DNA of 64,000 bases. Source: Oopsacas minuta (taxonomy: Eukaryota > Animalia > Porifera). The stretch spans positions 133,433 to 197,432 of the forward strand of contig JAKMXF010000336.1 in NCBI GenBank assembly GCA_024704765.1, in the 5' to 3' direction. Shown one piece after another: positions 12,577 through 24,620 of the stretch; position 1 is the stretch's first letter; each line of letters opens with the position of its first letter. The notes beneath the pieces were generated by a model. The model was given only the letters and a program-made list of their open reading frames with translations, did no database searches and was not told the DNA's origin. A program made the translations under genes and the position numbers.

Positions 12577-13970
12577 ACTATTTGGAGAATAATGAAACCT
12601 CAAGAGGCACTTAACCTAGGCTTCTTTGGCAGAGGACAGAAGCACATGGAATTCCAAGTATCGAGGTCCGAATATTTATGAAAAGAGGCTCTCTCTTTTT
12701 GAATATCATTGAACTTCAGACGAAAGAAATTTTGCTGATCTCGATCAAAACCATGAGTTGAAATAAATTGGTCTGCGATTGAACGAGTGCTAAGTAATTT
12801 ATGCTCACAATAAAACTGAAAAGCTTGAAGATTGTTCATTTTCTAGATAATTAATATATTATTTATTAACAATATTGTAAATACAGGGCAAAAAGTAAGA
12901 TTATATATATATGCATGTTTGTTTATAAGCTTATAATATACATTCTGAAATCTAAGAATTAAGGAACTTTTGACGAAACGTTTTCTCACAGTAGAAGAGT
13001 GTTGATTTTTAATGGAATCTTTGTAAAAATACGTAATGAGAACATTATTTGTATTAATTACAAGCTGAATTTTGTAAACACAAGCATAAAATTGTAAATA
13101 ACTTCACGTTTTGATTATATAGCTAAGCAACCATAATATTTATATAAATTTTGAAAAGAGAATTTTGAAAAATATTAGATAAATTCAAAAGTTCATGTGA
13201 TTGAAGCTATATTTACGCGAATTTCGGGAACCTGGAAATTGTTGTATTTTATAGAGAATTAAAAATGCTATATTATAAAACTCAGGAGACAACTTGACAG
13301 AACGCGACAGATGAAGTTATGAAACTTCGAAGTTGAGTGACGACAGAAATATCCAACAGAAAACTTTCTCAAAATATTTGAGCTATTTTAAGGATTTATT
13401 ATTTGAACTCCGCTTATATAATCACTATAAATAGAGAGTCGTCAAAAATGCAACGGAATGAAGTCTTTGAATGTATTAGTTGCTTAGATACTGGAATTTA
13501 AGTTCATTGATATAAATGAATATCTGTGATTTTCAAGAATAATTTCTGAGCAAGAATTTGTAATGCTTATATACTTTCCAGTTGTTTCTAAACTAAATGA
13601 TGGATCGTAATAATTTTAGACATTTTAAGTAATTGGATATTTCTCTTTCCAATGAACTTTAATGGTTACTAAATATCGGATTGAAATTTTGACCAATTTA
13701 CAGTGGGTGTGCCACTGTGCTCGAGGCGTAATGCACCAAGTTCAAGCTATTTCAGATAAGAAACACTGTCGGATTATAGAAGTCTTCTGGATTATACAGG
13801 TGTCTGTTTATGCAGATTCTATAATATTACCATTGTATTTTTGGTGTAGTTTTTAACTAACTGAATATTCTACTATTCGGTTTTAACCCTGGTTTATAGA
13901 TATTTTTATTCATTGCTGTCAAATTGACTATCTCAGGATCTCTTTAGTTGTATTTGGAGTGTAGATATAT

Positions 13971-14438
13971 CAGACTTACCAACCCTTCGTTGATAATTCC
14001 CTGGTTTGAAATCTTAAAATCCCTGGATTTTTAACAAATTCCCTGGATCATTTTACTTCTCACTTATAAACCAGTTTGGAAGTCACCATTATGGAGTTGT
14101 TCGGAGATAATTCGTATAGATTATATGCATAGACATATCGGAGATATTATATACTCAACAAGAATCCGTACGTCTGAGAAGGAGCTTGTAACTCCCTAAC
14201 TAAAGATCTAGGGAAATATCTGGATGATCCAGGGAAATCTCTGGATATTTTTTAGGTTATATATAATCTAATTCTGAAGAATAGCTTATTGATTGTTATG
14301 TAACACTTATAGTTATTGACATCGTAGTTGAAAATTCACAATTTACCCGGCCGATACAAACTTTCGAATCCCTGGATCCCTGGATCAGAGGTCAAATCCC
14401 GGGGTAATCCAGGGATCCCTGGAGGGTTGGCAAGTCTG
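13971..14438. mobile_element. MITE with CAGACTTRCCAACCCT termini inserted in an (AT)n tract
   Basis: CAGACTTACCAACCCT...AGGGTTGGCAAGTCTG flanked by ATAT; internal repeated CCCTGGA/TCCAGGG motifs. Confidence 0.75.
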
Positions 14439-15065
14439 ATATATATATTTAGTTGTTTGATGAATTATCTTAGTTTCTATAAGAAATCTAAGCCAAACCA
14501 ATTTGTTTATGTCTCCACTGAATTTATTTTTTCACATCTTCTTAGCTTTCGATGATGTTACCTGGCTCATGTTTGTTGCGATTTCAAATATATTTTTTAA
14601 GTCAGTTTAGATTTTAGTTAATGGAAATGTTAAAGCAGTCCCATTTTTCTGGGAAATTGAAGCTATTCCTTTGATAAATTAGGATTTGGACAAAATTTCT
14701 CCTTTGGTAGGTAGATATCTTATTAGCTATCAATTATATTTCGAATTCTAGCTAATCTCAACTAATTTGTAAATAATTTCTCCAATAGTTGACAACTATG
14801 CCACAGACTTTATAATATTTATACAGCAGAACCTCGTTAATACGTACTAATACAATTAGATAATTGTAAGATCTAACTTATGTGAGTTAATACCTAATCT
14901 AAGTTATCACACAAATCTACAAAATACAAATCTCATTACACATATGTACATACTGTTACTAATTGATAAGGAATACGACCTGTTCAGAAATAGAATTTAC
15001 TATCAGCGCCCAGAGGTTATTAATTACTCTCATAATTAAAGTTTAGTTGCGGATGAATGCACTTA

Positions 15066-15926
15066 TTAAAATATATTGAGAAGACGTAGACCTCCAACAC
15101 ATACTGCAATAACTCTTCCTCTGTTATCTACCGTAATACCAGTAGGATCAGGTATAGATATCTTGTGTATCAAATCAAATTGAGAGTTGTATATAGAAAT
15201 ATAGCGAGAAGAAGAGATAATAGAATAATCTGTAATAAGAATATTGTTAGAATTGTCAATATCGAAGAATTTGGGATAAATCAGCTGTGATCCATCTCCT
15301 CCAGAGATAATTCTCTTATGTAGAATAAGATTGTAGTTGTACAAATGAAGACAAGGATTAGATTGATCAAGAATATAAATGAATTCTTTTGTAAGTTTAA
15401 CATCAACAGGGTAGTAGAGGTTATCTTGTCCAAACTGTGTCTTGTAGGTAAGTTCCTTGGACAGTATCTGAATACGATGATTATCAGAATCACATATGTA
15501 TACCTCTCCGCTAGATTCATCGAATGTCAGCCCAAGAGGATCAGTAAATTCCAATTCTCCTTTCCCAGGTTTCCCTATTCTAGAAATAAACTTCCCATTC
15601 ATTTGATAATTCAGAATACAGTCGTTTCTTTGTGAAATAAGAATTCTATCTCTACATATAGCTAACCCATCTGGACCATACATCTTTCCTTCTCCTTCCT
15701 CATCTCCAAATTTAAACATTATCTGACCATTACAATCGAATACTTTCACACAATTATTCCAGGAATCTGCTACATAGATATCTCCAGTAGAAATATCAAT
15801 AGTCACTCCTCTAGGTCTTCTAAGATTTTCTAGTCCCTTTCCCCATGTACAAACACTGACTATAGGTTGTATCTTGCTCTTATAGTCTACAGAGAATATT
15901 CTCTCTAAAGTATTAGCTGTAGCCAT
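15066..15926 (-). CDS. Stand-alone NHL-repeat protein, copy 4 (286 aa)
   Basis: Intact intronless paralog. Confidence 0.9.
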   Translation of the reverse strand: MATANTLERIFSVDYKSKIQPIVSVCTWGKGLENLRRPRGVTIDISTGDIYVADSWNNCVKVFDCNGQIMFKFGDEEGEGKMYGPDGLAICRDRILISQRNDCILNYQMNGKFISRIGKPGKGELEFTDPLGLTFDESSGEVYICDSDNHRIQILSKELTYKTQFGQDNLYYPVDVKLTKEFIYILDQSNPCLHLYNYNLILHKRIISGGDGSQLIYPKFFDIDNSNNILITDYSIISSSRYISIYNSQFDLIHKISIPDPTGITVDNRGRVIAVCVGGLRLLNIF

Positions 15927-16669
15927 TAGTTCAGTTCTGTAACTAGAATAATGAAACAATTCAAATAATATAACTTATCTATTTGACTATAAGTAATGAG
16001 CTCTAACTATAAATACAAATCAATACAGAGACCTATACAGAGAGATATCAAATTTATATAATTATAGAAATTTAAATAGAATACAGTCTACTCCACTATT
16101 CTTTGACATTCTCATATTTAGAGAAGTTATTCTCAGGACCCTGGGGTCTTGATAGCAAAATCCAAAGATCCTAATGTCCTAGCAATATTTCTGGGATCTC
16201 AAGGTTCCAGAGGTACCAAGTCAAAATTTATCCCAGGACCCTATAATTTCTTATGCAAAATTTAACTTTATTCGAGCCTTTGGCTCGTCGATTCGCGATG
16301 AACTCGGCGCATGGCGCCTCGAGCTATTCAACGGGCAAACAAACAGGCAAATAACAATTCATATTTACGAATATGGATGTTGTTTACAATATTCAGACTC
16401 AGCATCCACTTTAGTTGTTGAAAGTATGATTTGACCCCAATTTCGAAATTTGTGTACTAGAAAACAACATACATTTACATATGATTAATCCAAAAGTGTG
16501 AAAATCGGAATTCGCATGTTCGATATATTTAGTGAAGTTTTGTTGAATTCTTAATACTGCCTTTAAACACACGAAAAATATGCTACAATTTCAAATTGCA
16601 TACCCTAAATCCTTTCCTTGACAACGGATAAACAAACAGACAAACAACAATCTATATTATGAAATCTCA

Positions 16670-19600
16670 ATGATTATTTGTCTGTTTGTTTGTTTGTTTA
16701 TTTGTAACGATTGACTGGACTTTCTCTTCTTCACCTGCATAGAGATATTGATGTAGACATCAATGATTTGATAGATGAGTTTGGACGAATCAATCCAACG
16801 AGACTGCAATTGTCTGACATTTTAGCTGATTGAGAAACATTAAAATAGTCATTACTAAGTTTGATTTATTATCAAAGTAGAGCTAAATAAATTTCAATGT
16901 CAATCCATATTAATTAGTATCCCCAAATACACTCTCGGAACGCTACTCCAGACTGTACTACCCTTAAACACATATTACCAATTAACAATTTGAATTACAT
17001 AACTCTGCGAGTTATTGATATTGTTTAAAGAAATTCAAGAATTTGTACGATAACACATTCCGTAAAACATTCAAATTTCCTCTATCGAATGATATTAATC
17101 TCGGTAATATTTTGACAAGTGTGTCAAATTTGTGACTGAAGTAAATATGCAAATTATATCAAATATGCTGGATCAAATTTCACACATTTGAATTAAACAT
17201 ATCACGAAAATCTGACACAAGAAATTCTGAGTCAAAACTGACATAGAATACTATTAACCTCTACAGGCATATTTTGCTGCATCCAACGTCCACAGTTTAT
17301 AATCTGATTCTCCATACGCTGTACATATATCTCGTAAGCTTCAGCCATATTCGTTGAGACAAAAGAATCATGTTATCTATTCAGAATCAAACTAGGCAAC
17401 TGAAATTTATCATAAACAATTCCTTCTCTCAAAAATCAGTAAATACATTCCTGATAAAGTTAATAGGCTAGGGAAATGCACGCTTTTGTGAGAATATATA
17501 CAGAAAAGTTTACATATCTTCATCAAGTTTTGTTAAACTTCACACTCGTTCTAGGGAATTGGGTTCTAGGAACAAGATTGTTCCATAACTAGGAGCTACA
17601 GCACTCTCAAACAGTAGAGGCCTACCTTCCCCCTGTATACCTACTAGTTAGCTACACATCAGGAAGCTACTTCACAATGATACCAGTATGAATGTCACAC
17701 TTATCCTCCTTTATGATAATTCATGGGATTATCTAAAGATTTCTTGATATAGGAGGACTAGTTAGTACTGCCAGACGGAATATTCCGCGACTGTTCTAAT
17801 TCACCCTGAAATATACTTAACGATTAAATATAAGAATGTCAGAGCACAGCAGAATATACTGTATTCTATGTAAATTCATATAATTATATAAATTTGATAT
17901 CTCTCTGTATAGGTCTCTGTATTGATTTGTATTTATAGTTAGAGCTCATTACTTATAGTCAAATAGATAAGTTATATTATTTGAATTGTTTCATTATTCT
18001 AGTTACAGAACTGAACTAATGGCTACAGCTAATACTTTAGAGAGAATATTCTCTGTAGACTATAAGAGCAAGATACAACCTATAGTCAATGTTTGTAATT
18101 GGGGAAGGGGATTAGAAGATCTTAATAGCCCACAAGGAGTGACTATTGATAATTCTACTGGAGATATCTATGTAGCAGATTGTGATAATAATTGTGTGAA
18201 AGTATTCGATTGTAATGGTCAGATTCTGTTTGAATTTGGAGATGAGGAAGGAGAGGGAAAGATGAATCGTCCAAATAGGTTAGCTATATGTAGAGATAGA
18301 ATTCTAATTACAGATCATTGCTGCATTCTCAATTATCAAGTTAATGGGAAATTTACTTCTAGAATTGGGAAGCCTGGGAAAGGAGAATTGGAATTTTATG
18401 ATCCTCTTGGGCTGACATTTGATGAATCTAACGGAGAGGTATACATATGTGATTATAATAATCATCGTATTCAGATACTGTCCAAAGCACTTACCTACAA
18501 GACACAATTTGGACGAGGTAACCTCAGATTTCCTCTTGATGTTAGACTTACAAAAGAATTCATTTATATTCTTGATCGATCTAATCCTTGTCTTCATCTG
18601 TACAACTATAATCTTATTCTACATAAGAGTATTATTTCTAATCGAGATGTATTACAGCTGAATGGTTTCAGGTTCTTCTATATTGACAATTCTAACAATA
18701 TTCTTATTACAAATTATTCTGATACCTCTTCTGGCTCTATTTCTATATTCAACTCTCAATTTGATTTAATTCACAAGATACCTATAGCTTATCCTACCGG
18801 TATTACAGTAGATAACAGAGGAAGAGTTATTGTGGTTTGTCAAGGATATAAACATTTCCTTACTTTTTGATAATTTTTCTATTTTATTAGTGTTCATATC
18901 TTTGTTTATGTTTCCTTTTGAATAACTTTTTTTTACATTTGGACAAACTATACTCTTCCCATATTATGTATTATTCCTTGTTGTATTTCACCTCTTATAG
19001 AGGATGCCTTCATGTTATAACGACGCCATAAACCCGAACTATCCCTCGATTTCTAGTTTTGCGATTAACGTCAATTTGCTATTCTAAAAACTCGGTACGA
19101 TATTCCACATATTTCAGATATTATTAGTTCCTCTCCTTTAGGGAGATGCACATTAGTGCTTGGCCAAAAAATGAAATGAGATGTGAGCGCTCCTCATTAA
19201 AGCTAAGCTATTTCAAATACAAAGTTGGCTCACGCGCCCCGAATATGTAAGAGAGGTTGCCATCAATTTAAGTTAAGTTTGACTACTGTACTATACTCGT
19301 AATATTCTCTTGAGTTTAGTTCAGATGTCTAAACCTGGGTTTTCTGGTAAACCTGAATCTGCTATAAAGCGTGCAGATGAGTTCATTGAAGTAGAGAAAT
19401 ACGACGATGCTATCGAAGTTCTATTCGATGTTCTCAGGAATAAACGTCACAGAGATAAAGTGAATGAACAGAGTTTAGTGATAATCAAATTCTGTCAGCT
19501 TTGTGTTGATCACGGGAAGACTACCTCTGCTAAAGATGGTCTCTATCAATTCCGAATTATCTGTTCTCAGAATTTGAATTTATTCCATTCTGTAGTGGAG

Positions 19601-20345
19601 AAATTTCTGAATTATTCAAATGATAAACTAGCTCTGATGCATAGCTCAGCACAGACTAGATCTGCTCAGGAAAAATCTGTAATGTTAGATCTTGTTGAGA
19701 TTGTACCGTTTATGATGGTGAGTTAATATCTATTTGTTCCTAGCAAGCTTCATTTACTTGGAGTGGCGAGGCTATGGTGGCCACGGCGACTATGCCCGAA
19801 ATTGAAATTATCGCCCCTTCCCAATGATTCGGACTATCAGTAATGAGCTGTTATTGTTTAGTTGTCACCCGCAATTTGTGCCTCGGGTTGTGCTGATGCT
19901 ACGCACGATATACAATATATATATCAGGACTTGAGATAGCGTATTACCTCGAATATTTATTCACCCCCTGAAGCTCCTATAATGAATGACTGCTTAAAAT
20001 GAATCGTCATTTCTCCTTTATTTTTATTTATTTTTATTCAGATAAATACACATAATCAAGTACATAGGATTATATCGATGTTATTGTGTTTTCAAAATTG
20101 AAACTTCCCTCTCAAGGGGGCTTGGAATATCTAATCGCCCCGGATATTATTCGAGGTAATACGATATTCATGGGATTCTGAATTCATTATCCATCGAATA
20201 CTACAAAGTACAAAACTCTCCTTAAATTCAACATCCATGGTTCTTCCTATATATTATATTAATATCCTCTGTAGCCCCTTCCCAATTATGAGTACCATAA
20301 ACTGGGGCTACTTTGACCCAGTGTGTTTGCTTTAGCCCAAATATT
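16670..20345 (+). repeat. Right arm of the inverted segmental duplication
   Basis: Mirror of 474-4580; both ends fall in repeats (CAAA/CAGA element near 16670, MITE at ~20295). Confidence 0.9.
18019..18870 (+). CDS. Stand-alone NHL-repeat protein, copy 5 (283 aa)
   Basis: ATG at 18019; intact; ends 454 nt upstream of the eIF3a ATG on the same strand. Confidence 0.9.
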   Translation: MATANTLERIFSVDYKSKIQPIVNVCNWGRGLEDLNSPQGVTIDNSTGDIYVADCDNNCVKVFDCNGQILFEFGDEEGEGKMNRPNRLAICRDRILITDHCCILNYQVNGKFTSRIGKPGKGELEFYDPLGLTFDESNGEVYICDYNNHRIQILSKALTYKTQFGRGNLRFPLDVRLTKEFIYILDRSNPCLHLYNYNLILHKSIISNRDVLQLNGFRFFYIDNSNNILITNYSDTSSGSISIFNSQFDLIHKIPIAYPTGITVDNRGRVIVVCQGYKHFLTF

Positions 20346-23300
20346 GAAATTTTCTTGCGTATCGAATAGATATTGTATTTGTATTCGAAATTGTCTATCG
20401 ATATTTGAAAATTTGTTATAATTTGGCCTGTCATTTTCAGTTATAACACTGAATCTAATCTACTTTCTTTAAAACTTTGATATTTACCCTAAAGCATACC
20501 CAGTAAGCCAAAGTAGCCCCAGACTACGATAAGTATTCTAAACATTAGTTCTGTAAATCTATGAAATGAGTTTACCCCACTCAAATTCTCGTACTCAACT
20601 ACTGTTATGAATCTTTATGAAATCACAAATACGCTTCTTATCTAGAAAATTCAATCTTTGGATAATTTGTGACAGCGTCTAATGTGACTTTTCGATACTC
20701 AAAATATTCCTATTATGTCATATTTTGTCAAATATATCAATTTTCTTCCAATACAATGTCGAATTCATTTTCAATTGAAAAATATTCGCTTTACTCTGAA
20801 AATTCAGAAAATTCGCGTATCGATCACCGAATACATCCGTCGTTCTGGAAATGAGTAATGTTCAATTCTACTTACAAAAAACTCCCGTTATGTCTAATCT
20901 GTTTTAACGAAACTCCCATTAATTGATTCTTTACCCCTTATTGCTTGAAAGTATTTGATTTACTCAGCTCATAACGAAATGAATCCGGGATACCCTGAAC
21001 TTCGATATAACTACGTAGAGTTACTGTAATTTTTGCTATTCCATTTAGGTAGATGAATTGGATATAGTATACACTCCAGAAGATATAATCTGTCAGTTAG
21101 CGAGAACTTCTGGCAGCAGCAAAGATAACTTCTCTCTAATCTCATTCATGCGATTCATTTGGGATAATCTTAGAAATATGCTAGACCTAGTTAAGAACAA
21201 TAAAGATCATGAAAGGTTATATCAAGATATAGCAAAGCGATCGATGGAATTCTGTGCTACATACAGACGTAAGGCTGAGTTCAGGAAATTATGTGAAATA
21301 TTGAGAGGTCATTTAATGCTAATACAAAGACACCAAGAACAGGAAACATCTATAGATTTAACTCTAGTAGATAGTATACAACGATTGATGGATATCAGAT
21401 TGGATATTATAGAGACTGCTATCAAGATAGATTCATGTCAAGAGGCATTCAAAGCATTAGAAGAGTGTCATCATTTGATTGAGCTATCTCGTGCTGCTAG
21501 AACTAATCCAAGGTCTCAATTGCTGGCTGGATACTTTGAGAAACAAGCTACAGTGAGTTTAATTTTCACTATTTCATTAATACATCGGTTCCAACCCGGT
21601 AGCCCATAGTCAGGGGCTCAGGGGCGGTCCCAGGACAAATGCCCCATTTCCTCCACTGCTGCTACCCGCAGTGGTTCACGGAATGCATCCACATGATCTC
21701 ATTTTATATTGCAGGCTATGAAATGGGACCCACAGAATATTTTAAATAGTTATAGTCTGGTTACCTCCTATCTCTTGTTATTTTTACCATGGATGGTGGA
21801 TTCGTTTACTTGTAGTACCATGGATATTCCTAATCCGTGCTATAGTTGGGAGAGCGACAAGAACCCTCGTATAATAGCAAATTCGAGTATTATAATTTTT
21901 CATTGACATTGAGTGCATTTTTGAATGTATTAGTTCGCTTATTAGCACTGAATTTACGATTTGCTAAAATGGCGAACTCCACTGTATATATTTTTTCAAT
22001 ATTCTGACAAGACAAATTACTTTAGTTCAGTAAAATTCTGTATTACTGATACAGTAGACCCTCGCTATCCAAACAGGTCTTAATGGCTATACAACTTTTG
22101 GAAAAATACTCTAAAATGTTCAAAAATAACTAATTTATTACACATGTTAACAACCGTTTTCTCTTTAGTACAACTTCCTATAGTATTGTTTTCTAGCTAT
22201 TTATTTCGATAATCCGAACGCGATATTTCGCATTTGATACAATATAATGTTCGGATTAGCGAGGATGTACTGAGATATACAGTAGAGTCCCCGAATAACG
22301 AACAAGTTGGGGATATCGCTTCTGTCCGTATTAGGGAGTTCCCGCTTCCCAGAGACAGCTAAAGTATTACACATATGATTGCTAATTCGTTCCGTTCCAG
22401 GAGGTTTGTCCGCTTCTCGGAGTGTCCGTTTTGGGAGACTCTACTGACAAGAGTGATTTTTGTACACTAATCAATATCTTTTAGGTTTACTTGATGGCAA
22501 ATGATATGGTATTTCATTCTGCTGCACTTGCTTGTGCATATTTAACTTATCGAGAAGATAAACGTTTTCTTCGTAAAAATCCTGAATTCTTTAAAGATCT
22601 TGCTGCAAGAGTTGTTCTAGCTACTCTCTCTACTCCACACACATACCATAGAGATCTGCATTTTAGATTCGTAGAAACAGAAGAGAACTTTTATGAAAAT
22701 GAAAAACAGTTATCTAGCTATTTGTACCTTAACTACATTCCAACTAGAGCAAGCCTTTTGCATCAAATAACGAAGAATTCAATACTAGACAACACGCCGA
22801 GTTATATTAAAAAAACCTTTCAATTGATGATGTCACCACCGTTAACTAATTTTCCTCAAAAACAAATTTCTGAAACTCTACAAATTATCGGAAATAATCC
22901 GAACTTTTCTGTATATATTCCTTATCTTAAATCCTCATTCGCTATAGAGTTGATTGTTGTTTTATCAAAGTTCTATGAAAATATTTCGTTTTCAAAGCTG
23001 CTCCAGACTATTGATTTTCTAGAACAAGATGAAATCGAATCCTCCCTGATTACAATATTCAAATACCTTCACTATCATGTTAGAATCGATCATAATACTT
23101 CTTGTGTTGAATTCCCATCATCTACAACATTTCCTATCTCTTCCCTACTATCAAATAAAATCATTGACTCTTCTGATATGAAACTTTCTCAGTTGAAATT
23201 AATACATTCTTCATTCACAAAATGCATAATAAATTCGAATAATAACGAACTGATTCAAGCGTATCAAACTCTAAAGAATCACAACAAAGATATATTTCTT

Positions 23301-24182
23301 AAAGTTGAAGGTAATTTGGGAAATTTTTTTACAAAACGTCGTAAAGATTTGGAAAATTTACAGAGTCAGCAGGAACAACGGAAAAGACAATTGCCTTTCC
23401 AAATAAAAACTGAATCTTCTCCACTTCCTAACCCGAAAGTTGAATTACAAAGTAATCCTGAAAAAACTTCTGAACAAATTGAAAATATTCCTCGTAATGC
23501 AAGTATTGATAATCCTTTAAAAGAAGAATATCGAGAAACGAAAACAGTGAGTCATGTCGTGGAGAAAACGCCAGTCGTTGTGAGCAAGACAAAGCCAGAA
23601 GAGAAACCGAAAGATCCAAACCGCTACAAACAAAATGAAAAGTCTTTAGACTTCATATTCCGAGCTCAGAGAGAAAAGGAGATCAGTATTTTAACCGCTA
23701 GTAAGAGAGATAAAACACACGAGTTATCTCAAAAATGGGATTTGTCTGAGAAAAATCGAGTTATTATTGCACGTGATTTGTATTCAGAAAAAATTGCTCT
23801 GCGTGATAGAATAAAACCTATATCCGGTGATATTGAATCTCTGAAGAATGAAATTATGGAAAACCGTTACAAAACATCTGAAGAAACTCTCAATTTACTT
23901 CAATTGTATGATAATGCAAAACAATTGCTGAGAGATGAACGTAAAAAGAAATGGAGAACGGAGCAAAGACAAATTCGGAAACGGAATCAGGCAAAACAGG
24001 TGAATAAACCTGTTCAAAATCAGACAGAAGATCCTACAGGTAGTCCTAAATTATACAAAAACCCTCCTTCCAATGCGGATACGTCTCCTGTTCAAAGAAA
24101 AAGCACAAAACCAGATAATACATCTGCTTCACCTGGAGTATACGTACCACCTCATCGACAGAAGAAAGGGAAAGAGCATTAA
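19325..24182 (+). CDS. EIF3A: Eukaryotic translation initiation factor 3 subunit A (~864 aa), 3 exons
   Basis: Exons 19325-19717, 21049-21552, 22485-24182 with GT-AG phase-0 introns; eIF3a signatures KPESAIKRADEFIEV, AKDGLYQFRIIC, ERLYQDIA, RRKAEFRKLCEILRGHL; PCI-like region and coiled coil; C-terminal YVPPHR. Confidence 0.9.
20295..20529. mobile_element. MITE of the AAACTGGGGCTACTTTG family
   Basis: Same termini and internal sequence as the cleaner copy at 36126-36361; only its terminal repeat is present at 474-511. Confidence 0.8.
22052..22446. mobile_element. Two adjacent Tc1/mariner-type MITEs in eIF3a intron 2 (22052-22272, 22280-22446)
   Basis: Each starts TA|CAGTAGA... and ends ...TACTG with imperfect ~20 bp inverted termini. 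Confidence 0.7.
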
Positions 24183-24431
24183 CTCGTTTTAGGACAATTT
24201 GTTAGGTAAATAAAGGTATATGTTAGTGAATTAGATAGAAGTTTAGTGAATGTTCCTATTGACTACTATTAGTTATGTTGTGGTAGCTATTAAATTGTTA
24301 GTAAGTTGACACCAGCCTGTAGTTAATAATTGTATATTAGTAGTTCTCCATTTATCATTTTCACAGTACAGTAGAACGGGGAAGCTGCATTTGTCAGAAT
24401 TTTTATGTTGTCAAATGTCAGAATATTCATA

Positions 24432-24519
24432 GTTGTCTCTTGTCAAAATGGTAGATTGAGAATGTTGTCTCTTGTCAAAATGGTATATTGAGACTGTTGT
24501 CACTTGTCAGAATTGACAA
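24432..24519. repeat. 32-bp tandem repeat, about 2.7 copies
   Basis: GTTGTCTCTTGTCAAAATGGTAGATTGAGAAT units start at 24432, 24464, 24496. Confidence 0.8.
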
Positions 24520-24620
24520 ATGAGCTATGCACTCAAATTGAGTGGATATCTTAATGAGAATTATTATTATTGAATCTTTGAAATCCCAATATAAATAATT
24601 GAGTTTAATAATATTAATAT

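Noticed and set aside
24432-24519. CRISPR-like 32-bp repeats
   Set aside because: Head-to-tail minisatellite without spacers.
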